DNA of 64,000 nt from a virus: IMG/VR virus record IMGVR_UViG_3300030333_002778, positions 25,461 through 89,460 of that record. One strand, given 5' to 3'. Under the pieces are notes generated by a model. The model had not been told where the DNA came from and ran no database searches. It saw nothing but the letters and a program-made list of their open reading frames with translations. Both the position numbers and the translations under genes were made by a program. Every line of letters begins with the position of its first letter. The stretch's first letter is position 1. Shown in pieces: positions 48,771-61,500 of the stretch.

Positions 48771-49103
48771 TTATATTACAGTTTTACCTGGTCTTATAAC
48801 TAGACATACAGTCGATGCTACAGGAGTGAATGGGCATGTAGCATCCGCTACCGCTGTACCACCTTCTGAGCCACTTGCTCTAATCATAATAACAGTATCA
48901 CCTATTTTTACATTCTGAAAACACGGATCCGATGTGGATGTGGTTCCAGGACTTACTACTTCGAGTAAACCTACTTGATTACTAGTTTTATCTATCCACT
49001 TATTCATAGCTTTAGTAGAAGTATATTTACTAAAGAATGTAGCACCTAAAGATTTAACTTTTTCAATCAAAGAGGGTTTACAACTTTTTATTGAACTTGC
49101 CAT
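48771..49103 (-). CDS. Hypothetical virion protein
   Basis: 110-aa ORF in the late operon. Confidence 0.65.
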   Translation of the reverse strand: MASSIKSCKPSLIEKVKSLGATFFSKYTSTKAMNKWIDKTSNQVGLLEVVSPGTTSTSDPCFQNVKIGDTVIMIRASGSEGGTAVADATCPFTPVASTVCLVIRPGKTVI

Positions 49104-49127
49104 TTACTTTTATTTTTTTATTAAACA

Positions 49128-49490
49128 TTAAATTGCCCATTGACCGATTTCTACTACACACGCTCCACCGTATGCTTCAGCCGTAACTGCTTTATTATTA
49201 TAGATAGGTACGAACATAAATTCTCCTACCCTCATTTTAATATCAGCATTACCGGCTATTAGTACTTGTACAAAGTCACTTGCATTAGTTCCCGAAATAA
49301 CCTTTATATATATGTATGAATAAGGTGCTATTGCAGGAATTAATGATTGAGCTGACCCGGTAGCAATACTAACTCTTGAATTGTTCGTCATAGGAGCTTG
49401 TACTGTTAAACTATCTGTATTAGATATACTTAACACATCCGTCCCACAATCAGCACAACTTAATGTTTGAGTTATTGATAACGTTGCCAT
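49128..49490 (-). CDS. Small beta-sandwich virion protein
   Basis: 120-aa beta-rich ORF; first gene after a consensus promoter. Confidence 0.7.
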   Translation of the reverse strand: MATLSITQTLSCADCGTDVLSISNTDSLTVQAPMTNNSRVSIATGSAQSLIPAIAPYSYIYIKVISGTNASDFVQVLIAGNADIKMRVGEFMFVPIYNNKAVTAEAYGGACVVEIGQWAI

Positions 49491-49531
49491 TTATTATATT
49501 TTTTATTAATTAAACAAATATTTATATTCTG

Positions 49532-49568
49532 AATTTACAAAAATAAACAAATTTATTAAAACGCCAAA
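49532..49568 (-). promoter_or_regulatory. Bacteroidota sigma-ABfr-type promoter
   Basis: TTTG-N19-TATTTTTG on the - strand; near-copy of the 38120-38156 element. Confidence 0.8.
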
Positions 49569-52500
49569 TTGTTTAGCATTATTTTATAAAATTCATCTAC
49601 AGTAAATTTAGTGTAATTTTTATATCCTTCTGTAAATCTTATACCATATCTACTTAAAGAAGCTCCCGCTGATCCTGCTTTTTTAGTACCCCACATATCT
49701 AATTTAGGATCAAAAGATGTTTTTTGATTACCTCTTTTACCCATATAAGGATTAGGTACATTTGGATCTGTAACTATTTTAGCGCTATATTTATGAGCAT
49801 CATTCATTTCCATAAATGATTCACATGAGATATGTCCTCTATTAGTTATATGTCCTTGACCTACTGCACCATATAAATGATACAAGAAGTCTATAGATTC
49901 TACTGAAGGATTGGATACATTATAGTTTTCATAATTAGAAACTATTATTAAGGCTTTAAATCTAGAGTATCCAGAACTAGTTTTATTACCATTTTGATCT
50001 ACACCATATTTATGTACAGATGTAAATAATTTAAAGGACTCTTGATATAAAGGAGCTACTTCAAATCCATTTTTATTAGAAATCAAACTATTGATTCCAT
50101 ATCCTACTCCACTATATCCTCCCCATGTCCATTTTCTACTATTACTCTTACCACATACTTTTGAAGCTTCTATATCTCCTTCTCTTACTCCCTTACCTTG
50201 TTTCATAGCCTGAGGCTTAACTTCTGCAGGATAGTTAGATATTATTCTACTTGGGTTAGTAAAATGATAAGCACCTATAGAATTACTCATAAATGTTATA
50301 CATATAGGGTTAGTATCTCCACCTTCAAACTCATGATACCAATCACTAAATCCTGCATGTACAGATCTATCATTCTGAGGATTAACTTGTCCCTCAGGTA
50401 ATTCCATTAATTCTCTTAATAATGTATTATGATATTTTTTCCAATTACCTAATCCAGTATTCCAAGCTCTAGAATTTAATTCATAATCTTGAGATGGATG
50501 AGTATCAGGATTACTTCCTGGTATAACATTAGTCCATCCAAAAATACTTCTAAATTTAGCAGGTAATGTATTTGCATTAGCACCTTTATTACCTGTTAAT
50601 GGATAAGTAAACCATCTTAAGTAATCTTTATCTTGTAGACCCATTGCTGTTTTCGAACTCCAATTTCCTAATGTATCTACTTTAGTTCCTCCAGACGAAT
50701 AGTCAATCCACCAAGTAGGTGACCAATCCATAACCGATCCTGCATTTGGACCTGCTCCATCTAGACTACTATATAATCCTTTAAGATTATATACTGTAGG
50801 AATTACATATAATTTACCTGTATAGTTATCACCTCTTTCTAATTTTATTTTATTATAAGTAGGTACTATAACATTATTTTTAAACTTAATTAATTTCTTT
50901 AATACTCTTGTCCAAGTACTACTTTCTTTTACTTGAACATTGCCTACACTATTATCTCCATAATCATATATAACTTCTGAAGTTATAGGTAAGAATACAT
51001 ATATATTAGAATTTCCAAAAGACGTTTCAGGAAGTAATGCTGGCTCTGGTGGTTCTGGTTCTGTATAAACACACATACTTGGAACACTAAAACAATTCAT
51101 TGGATCAAAATTTAATGCTGCTGGATCTGTACATCCTGCAGTATAACAACAAGATGATGGTATATTAACAGTAACAAGAGGATTCCAATTATATGCATTT
51201 TGATCTGTACAACCTAAAACAGTACCACATGGATATTCTGCTCCAGTTTGAAAAGCTACTTGAGGAGGTATACCATCTGAGTCTATATAACTTGTAAATT
51301 GTGCACAATCTTCCCAAACTGTAGTTCCATAATTAGCTGTTAAAACTTCTTCTGAACCTACAATACCTTGGCCTACAAAAGTTTCAAGCGGTGCTAATTC
51401 AGCTCCTACAGCATTATTAAATAAACCATTTACTTCTGCATATGGAGATTGGATTGCAGCATTTATCCAGTTATAACCTGATGTACCTGCAGCTATATTT
51501 AAGTCTGCAACTGCTGGGTTATTTAAATAATTCCACTCTTGACATTCACACGCTAAACCTAATTCTACATCTCCAGGTCCTTCATCAAAATCTATACCTC
51601 CTGTAGGTAAAGTTACACAAACTGGATTTACATTTTCATCAGGACTTTCTGACACATTATCTCCTAAAGTATCTGATAAAGGTGGAGGTGGGAATGAAGC
51701 TGCTGTAAGACCTGGTCCTTCTGGATATTCTTCCGGTACAGTAGAAAGTGGATTAGGTATTACTGGTTCAAGTTGTAAACCTTTAGGAGGGAAACATATA
51801 TCACACATTTGAGAAGCTTTCTCAAATAAATCATCCATTACATCTAATGAAATACAAGTATTTTTACACTGTCCTTCAAAAGTAAGTACTGGTTTTTCTG
51901 GAACTATATTAGGATCTACTGGATATAAACATGACCCATCATCAAATGTAGCTGCTGGATTATAGTTAATAGCATTAGGATCCATACAATCTCCTAAAGG
52001 ATAATTACATGTTCCGTTATTTACAGTAGCACAAGGATCATAATTAAGTGCTTCTTCATCATTACATCCAAATACAGCAGACTCTTGTTCTACAGCCATT
52101 TCACAGTTTTGATAAGAATTTAAAACTGTAACAGTATTAGTAGGAACTATTTGAAGATCTTCCGAAAGACTTATAGTAAATACGCAATTAATATCAGGAC
52201 ATTGACCTCCGTTATTTGGATTAGGATATTGACCACTATCACTTATAGTAACAACTTTGTTATTTAAATAAGCATCATCTAAATCTGCATTAGGTATAAT
52301 ATAAGTTATTGGAGGACAGGTCATTCCCATACTCATATAACATGGTGTTAATGTATAACTTGGAATAGGAGGATAGTTTAAACATCCTATTGCTGATTCT
52401 ACAGGTGTATACTGATCATAGAAATCTTGTGGTAAGAAAGTTTCACATTCATTAAAGAAAGAGTCACTTGGATTCGCCTGTTCAACAGATAAAGTAGTTG

Positions 52501-55500
52501 TTATTTCTAGCATATAAGGATTTATATTAAGTATAGTAACAAATCCTTGTGGTATACAATCTCCTGTTCCACATATACCAGGTCCTATTATTGATTCTCC
52601 ATCTGCTGCTACTATTCCGGAACATATTTCAGCTGTATAACATTTTCCTGTAAATGGATAATCATCTATTCCATTTACAGTTGATGGAGCTGATGCTAAT
52701 TTAAAATTATATCCTCCTAGTACATATTCTAGAATTTCACTAGAACCAAACATAGTATCTTCAGAAATATATGCAACAAAAGTATCATCAGGATCTTGAC
52801 AATTAGTAAATGTAAAACAAGTTTCAACAGTATTACAACATGATCCACAAGATATATAAGAAGCATACATTGTAACTTCTTCTGCTACAGATGAGTTACA
52901 TGAACATTCTGAAGGTATTGCTGCAGGTGTTTCTTGGTTTTCTTCTGCCTGTACACCATATGTTTCTGGCCATCCAAACACAATAGGATTAGGATTACCG
53001 TCTGTTAATGATGCAAAATTATTTTGTATAGGAGCTAGAGTTGAACTAGCACATCCAGATGGATTTATAAATTGCATAATTTCAGTATCTACTGAAAATA
53101 TTTTTTGTGTTCTATTCCATAAATGATGATCTGTCCCTGTACCATATGCAGTTGCAATATCTTCTGCTGTTATAGCATTATCTTCAGGATCAAATTGTGA
53201 TAAGTATTCCATAAATCCATATGGAACCTGTTGAGTAAATTCATCAAACCCTAGCATAGCAAATGGATTAATTTGAGGATCACCTGACACATCAACCACA
53301 AAAGGTCCAAATACATCATTCCAATTATAACTTTGTACAGTTGCAGTTTCTTTCATCAATACATAAGCATAAGCATAACAATTATTAGCATCCATATTAC
53401 TTTGTCCTTGATCATCATATATTGCATTAGCAACAACACAATTTCTAAAGTTATTCATAGGAGCTCCCGTATATGTTTGTAACCCCTCATAATAACTAAT
53501 TGGATGATCTTGCCAAAGATGTATTAAAGGAGGATTGAATATTCCTCCCACTACTAACTGATAAATTACACCAGCAAGATCATATCCTGGCGCAGCATTC
53601 ATAAGATTATTAAACGCACCAGAACCATGAAACATCATAAATAAATCAAAATTAGTATAACCTATTACAACAGCACATCTACTTTGACTATTATTAGAAT
53701 CACCATCTTGCCATAAATAATTACCTACATCAACAGCTCCTCCATTTCTCCATGCATTCCAAATAGATTCTGGACATGATGGAGCCAGAAAAAGTGTTGA
53801 ATTATAATCAGATGATATTGTACCTTGAAGTACATTAGTATTGGCAAGAGGAAATACTTGATTATTAACACAAGGTTGATACTGAAATCCAAAAGCTACT
53901 ATATCACTATCAGGTGTATCAGACGCTTCAAAGAATTTAGACATTCTATGATAGTTAATATTAAAAGTAGAAGTTCCAAAACCTGGTGGTAATTGTATTT
54001 CCGCATCAGCTTGTGGTCCTAATTCAGACCAATCAATACCTTGATAGTTGTCTGATATTCCCCATGAATGTCTTGCTCTTGGAGGAGTTTCATTAAGAAG
54101 GAATATTGCAGGAGCTTGTAAACCTGTAGATTCAGGTTCTGGTTCTGATTCCAAACATGTTTGACATTCTACTTTATAACATACATTTGGATATTCATTT
54201 AATTGTACATAAAGATTTCCTTCATTATTTAATTCTTGAGATGCGTTAGCAGTTGTACATAATGATAATATATCTGCATTACTAGTCCATATAACTTCTG
54301 GTCCCGTTTGACCTATAGCTACAACATCTGATTCAGTACATACATCTAAATCTGTATATAATGGATTATCAAAATTTGCTCCCGTTTCAAATACATCTTC
54401 AAATACTGCATATTGAGTTTCGGTTGTATCACATCTTGTAAGTTTAACACAAGTTATATTAGCTATTGCAGGCTCACAATCTTCGCATGAATCTACATTA
54501 CCTTCTATATTAACTTGATATTCTAATCCTAATGTAAGATCAGATATATCACTTACTTCAACTGCTTCTACATACCAACAACTTGTACATGTTGGAGATG
54601 TAGCATCTGCTCCTGGATCCCATACAACTAATCCTCCATTTATAGCAGCATTATCTAAAGTAGAATTAAATGCCTGACTAACATAATATACTTGTCCTCC
54701 TATTTCTGGAACAACATTACATTGTCCATCCATATTAATAAAATTAGGATCTGCATTACCATATAAACCACATACTGCTCTTTTATCTACTTGAGACCAA
54801 TTCATTGCAGTCTCTGCAGTAATACCTGTAGCTGCTGCTGAAGGCATTCCATTTACTATATAGAAATCTCTTAGATTTAAACCTTGACCCCATCCCTGCA
54901 TTATACTTGCTGTTTCCGGAATTCTTCCAAGAGTATATATATCTCCCCAAGGAAATGCCGTTTGTCCAGTTCTTTGTCCCATAGGAAAAGAATAATCAAA
55001 TGGGTTTCCTGGCATAGCAGGAGTCCAATCATATACAAAACTAGGATCATTAGGATCTGTATATACATATGTAGTATTTAGAGAAGCGGGATTTCTATAA
55101 TATTCTTCCCAACCAAATGGAGGTCCAAATCTAGTTAAAGTATTACCTCCTTGTTCTGGCGGTCCATAGTTTCTCCACCAAGTAAAGTCAAACTGATCTG
55201 CAGTAATAGGAGGATTATATTCATTCTGTTGTGCTGTAGCTGCATTTTTTGTAAGATCATAATCAGCTTCTTGTCTTGTAAAATGTTGGAATCCCATAGC
55301 ATGCATAACTTCATGAGCTGCTGCTGCATCAATAGATACATTTAATATTTGTCCTGTTCCATCTGGATTATCTATTATAATATTAGGCTGATCAGCTTTT
55401 CTCCAATTTTCATTTACATCGAATATAATAAGATTACCACCCTTTTGCCATTTGTCTTGTAATGTATTAAATTGATGATAACCCCTTAAACAAGTTGCAT

Positions 55501-58500
55501 AGACTCCGTCTACAATTCCTGCCGGAGCAGTAGAACGTGCATCGTCAGTTAAACCCATAGCAAATCTTATTTCACCGCATTTTACATTTGTAACTGGAAC
55601 ACCTGTATCAATAGAAGTTGCACCTACTATTGCTGTATCAGTAAGATATCCTTTTGCACTATATATAGAAGGATCTGGTATACCAAGTACAGTATCAGTC
55701 CAATATAAATAATTATTTGGAGATCCTTCAACAAAAGTATTTACAGAAGTTAAATCTACTTTAGCTTGTTCTACTCTTGAATTACCCGCACTTGGAGTAG
55801 GAGGATTAGCTTCTGTAGTTAAAGGTGGATTATCACCATATGGTAAAAACTTTAAAGTTAGATTTGCTCCATATCCACAATCTGTATTAAAAGTACTATT
55901 AAAAAGACCTTCAACAGCTCTTAATGCATTGTCTACTTCTTGAACAAATTCTGGAAATGTTACTGTTTGTGATTTAGTATATCCTGCACCATATTGACCT
56001 GCAGTCTCTCCCTCACCTGTAGGTTGATAGTTATTACAACGACCTGTAGCATTAGCTGTTCCTGGTCCACTTTCAGGTAAAACAGCAATTCTAGTATCTG
56101 TTAGAGTTGGAGGTGATGTACTTGTATCTTTCCAATTCGATATTCCAAAAGGTAACAATGAACCTGGAGCTACCCAACTATAACTTATATAAACAAACTG
56201 ATCTTCTCCTGTAGAAAGATCTGCTATAGCATCAACTATTTCTTGATGTCTCATAGCTACTCCAACATCTATTATACCAGGCATAAGTCTATTTGATATA
56301 GCTCTCCAAGAATGGTTTAAACCTCTTACACCATAAGGACTACTATCAGGTATACTTGAGGTTGTTCCTGTGTAACAAGTTCCATCTGAAGATGAACAAA
56401 GTTCAGTTGCATTAGAACACTGAGTAAGTTTATAAGCCTCAAGTCCTGATGGCATACTTAATGGAGTAGCCTCGGCATAATCATATGTTTCATCAATTAC
56501 TGCATCTGCAACATTATCAGATGAATTACATGTTTTACATCTTTTTAAATATTGTGGTAATCCTATACCTATATTTTTACCATTTAACGAATAAGGATAA
56601 ACACCTATATCGTTTATATTTTCATTAGTAATATTGTTTAAAACTAATAATTTATTATTAGCTATAGTGTATCCAAATGATGTAGAAACATACATTTTAT
56701 AATCCGGTCCTATCTGCATATCATATATATTAACAGATTTACTTGATGGAGCGGACATTCCAGGTACACCATATTTAAATTCAAACTTTTGATCGCTAGT
56801 ATTAGAAGCTATTAATTTTCTATAAAGTACTGGCATAGAAGTATTATTATTACAAGCGTAATATAAATATTTAGAATCAGGGCTAAACTCTACACCGCCT
56901 ATTTCTTCTTTTTTAATTACAGTACTTACAAATGTTATAACACCTGTAGAATAGTTGAAAGTGTATAATTGTACAAAATCTCTATTCTTTTCATCTTTAC
57001 CTGATATAGATATATATTTATTATCAGGAGATACTTTTATTAATGCATTTCTTCTATACGAATCGTTAGAATTAAATTTTAAATTACCTGCTAATGTAGT
57101 AGTTACAGGCGCAGCTATACCTGTAGAGCTTACTTTATGAGCTCTAAATTTAGTACCATCTGTAGCTCCTGTTCCACATTCTAATATCCACCATACATTA
57201 GATCCATCTGCAGGAGTACTTGTAACAGCTAATCTTTCAGTCGAATTCGCTATTAATTCAGTATTTTTACCTACTAATTCTACTTCTCCTAATCCTCCTA
57301 CAGTATTCATATTTATTTTAGACCATTTTACAGGACCATCAAAACATGTATTATAAACTAAATAATACTTATTAAATACATCACTAGTAGTTCCTGAACT
57401 AGGATCTGGTACTACAATACATTGTTGTCTTGCGTATTTATTATCTCCTCCGGATCCTCCATCTAATAATTGACCAGGAAGACAGTTAGTCATTCTTTCA
57501 TGGCTAGAATTAAATACTTCTCTACCATCTGAATAAAATAATAAATCACCTCTTTTGTATTCTTTAGTAGTAATTAAACCAAAAGTAACATCTTTTTCAA
57601 CACTATGTATAGCAGTACTAGTAGGAGCATAACTTTTTGAAGATCTTGTCCATCCTTTCATATTACTTGCACCTCCATTTTTAGTTCTAGGTACACCTAA
57701 TGTTTTCCATATTAATCCTACTTGTTTACCCCAAAACCAATTAACACCATGAATAGGATTAAATTCTGCTACCTTCCATGAAACAGAAGATAATGAAGCA
57801 GGTGATGAGAATGTTATTATTTTATTTTCTATATCTTTTACAACAGACGGTGCTACTGATACTGGTGCTTGTTTAATATCTATAGGTAATAATTCTTTAC
57901 AATCTTCACAAGGATTTGTATTACAAGAATCACAATTTCCTACTACACCATCTCCATTATTAGTAGAATTATATATAGTTATATTAGAATCTTTTAATAC
58001 TCCTGTACAACTAGCTGAACTAGATACAGTCCAACATCCTGTATATGTAACTCCTGATACTAATAATTCAGCTTCTATTACTTTACCTACATCTCCTGCT
58101 ACTAATCCACAAGTATTAGATACTACTTGATCAGCTACATATGAAGTTCCACAACAAGATGATAAAGTATAACAAGCTGTAGGATTAGTACATGATGTAC
58201 AATCTGTATAATTATCAGTTAAAGTAGCAGTAGGATAAACAATATGATGAGGACCTACTATATCCGAATCTACTGTCCAACAATACTGATCTTCAGAAGA
58301 TCCTAAACTAGCTATTTTAACAGCAAATGAAGTTCCAATATATCCATGTAAAGTAGGACTAGATGTATAATCTACATCTATTTGTACATTAGAATCATCA
58401 CATCTTGTAAGAGTTATATTAAATTTACAAGCACTACAACTAGAAGCTCCATTAATTATAGTTTGAGCTGCTGCAGAAGCTAGATCAGTAGTAGTTCCTA

Positions 58501-61500
58501 AAGTATCTACCTGTCTACAGAAATTTTCTCCTTCAAGTTGTACAACTCTTCCAACATAAGCACTTATAGAAGGTGTTAATGTAGAAGTTGTATAAACAGG
58601 AGAAGTACTTAAATCTCCACATTTTAATAATCTGTAACAAGTATCTTGAACAGCATTACATAATTCACACGATCCGTAATTAGCAACGACTGTAACATCT
58701 ACTGCTCCAAGACATCCACCATCTCCCCATTTATGTACTTTATAACATGTACCAGCAGTTCCTAAATTTACATATAAATCAGCATAAGCAGCTAAATTAG
58801 TTTGTGTATATATAGAAGCTCCACTGTCACATTCTATTAATTTATAACAACAATCTACACTAGTTGTAGAAGCCTGACAACTTTCAGTACTTACATAACT
58901 AGTTACACCAGGACTAAAAGGAGTCCAGTATTGACAAGGATTATTATAAGCTAATCCTGTTGGAGCAATCTCATATTTACCCCCTAATGTTATAGCGCTT
59001 CCATCTAAAGCACCTGTAGATAATACCACAGGATATAATTTACAGGTAAGACTTATTGCATCCCAAGTTAGAACCCAACCTTTAGTACCTATAATTTCTA
59101 AACCTTTTACTAACTCATTAGCTCCTAAGCTTAATGTACTAGATAGGTCTGCATTAGTTCCTACTGTTAATGATGTAGGATCTAAAGAAAATAAATTATC
59201 AGTTGTAGATGTAGAATTTCCTGCACCATTACCAATAGCATAATAAGTACCTGTACTCATATGTACTGAGATATCTCCTACAATAGCACAGTTAGCATTA
59301 TTTAATGTACTAACTATAGATACAGTACCGTCATAATCAACAGTAGCTCTTTGTACTTGAGTTACACCACCTGTTATACCTGCAGTTATAAGCTCATCAT
59401 TATCATTAAAATCTAATGCATTGAATACATTTAAACTTGTTAATGATCTAGTAGTTGTATCAATATGAGGAACAAACCATTGTAAATCATGAGCTGTATT
59501 AGTAACATAACCATTTCCATGTTTATCAAATGCAATATCTTTTATTGTTCCGCTAGGAGTTATAGTTGATTGAATATAAGCAGTAGAACTAACTGTCCCA
59601 CCTGATGTTTCTATATATCCTAAACTACCATCTCCAAAAGATATCCATAAAGCCTCATCATTACTAACTGCTTCTACACATCTATTTAATTGATCTGAAT
59701 TTTGCTGATTAGCTGTTATTTGATATACACTTCCTACTGAAATACCTGGATCAGTTGTAGTTCCTAATATTCTTCTAGGAGTACTTCCTATAGTACAACA
59801 AGAAACTAATAATTTACACGCATAATCAGAAGTAGTATCATCTATACCAACGGATCCACAAGCTGCACAATTATCACTAGAAGTTAATAAAGTAATACTT
59901 GTAGTTCCACTAGATCCTGTAGTTGCTACTGTATAACAACCTGCATATTCTGATACAGTAATTACTTTATCTACATGAGTTCCTATACTAGAATCATTAG
60001 TAATTAAAGTTGCTCTATTAGCAATACCTGCACCATTAACTTCATAGTTCCAAGTATCTCCACTATTAGTAGTAATATCTCTAGCTAAAGTTAATTCACC
60101 CGTAGCCTGATTTACTGTATATCTTTTATCATCTACATATCCATATAAAACAGTATCATCTGTCGACAATCCTTTAATACTATCAGCTAATCCAGCATTA
60201 GTATTAGCTAATAAAGACCATGTTCCAGCTGCATTTTTATATACTCTTTTTAAATGAGTAACAAAATAATCAGTTCCTATCACAGCTAATCCAAGAGGGG
60301 TTATACCCGCTTGAGCATTACCTGCAGGAGTTGTAACCCCTGTGGCTATAACAATAGTAGCATACTTATGACCGCCTGAAGTATTAACAATAGCTATTAA
60401 ATCAGTAGCCGTACCATCCTTTCCTGCTATTAAAGTATATCCTGTTATAGTAGCTCCAGCATCTGATAAAGAAGTACCTGAGTCTACTGTAGATGTTATA
60501 GGATCTATTTTATATATTTTATATGTAGTACCTGTTCCAGCTAATAAATATATATAATGAGTTTCTTTCTGAACTGCAATATTTGCTCTATTTGGAATAT
60601 CACTTACATCTGCTACTAATGTTGCATCTAATGCACCATTCAAACTCCATATTCTACCATTTTCATCCATAGTATACTCTACTTGAGTATCACATGGAGT
60701 TAAACTATGGTATGTAGATGAACTATATTCTCCTGCTAAAGCTATATTATTAACACCTTTTTGTACTCCGGCATTAAAACTCATACCTGAAAAATCTATA
60801 TATTCTGGATCAAACTGAAAATTATGAGATCCTGAATTAGTTATTGCTGACATATATTGTCCTGAATAACTATCATTATAATTTGAACTATAACCTCCCG
60901 TATTAGATATAACATTTGGAGAAGCTACATATACAGTATCTGTATAAGGAGATCTATATAATGAAAAGAAAGCTTTATCAGAAGAAGAATTTGGTACTAC
61001 TGTACTAGAACTTAAAGTATTATCAGCAGAGTTTAATGCAACCTGACGTATTTCACACTTATTAGTAGTAGTATTAAACCATGGTACATATAATGTATTA
61101 CTTAAACCATGCTCCCATTCTAAATCATATGCTTTAGCTCTAGGAATTAAAATAGGACGTTTTGCATCTTGTTCACCTGCATCATTAATATCTACATCAA
61201 AAGATCCATAATTAGATAAAACACTTGTAGATTTATTAAAATCAAATACTTCTACTTTAGCAGTTGTAACTGGAGTTCCTGAAGTACCTATTGTAGATTG
61301 ATAGATAGTTGCTACTTTAGTAGCATCTCTATTAAATTTAATACATGCATTATTAGCTGCATCATTATCATTATAAGAGCTACCTATAGCTGTAGTAACA
61401 ACAGCTGACATATTAGGATTATTTCCTGTTACAGCTGCAGCTTTATATACATGAAATTTATTATTACCAGCTTCTTTAAGAATGATACCATATTTTGTAG

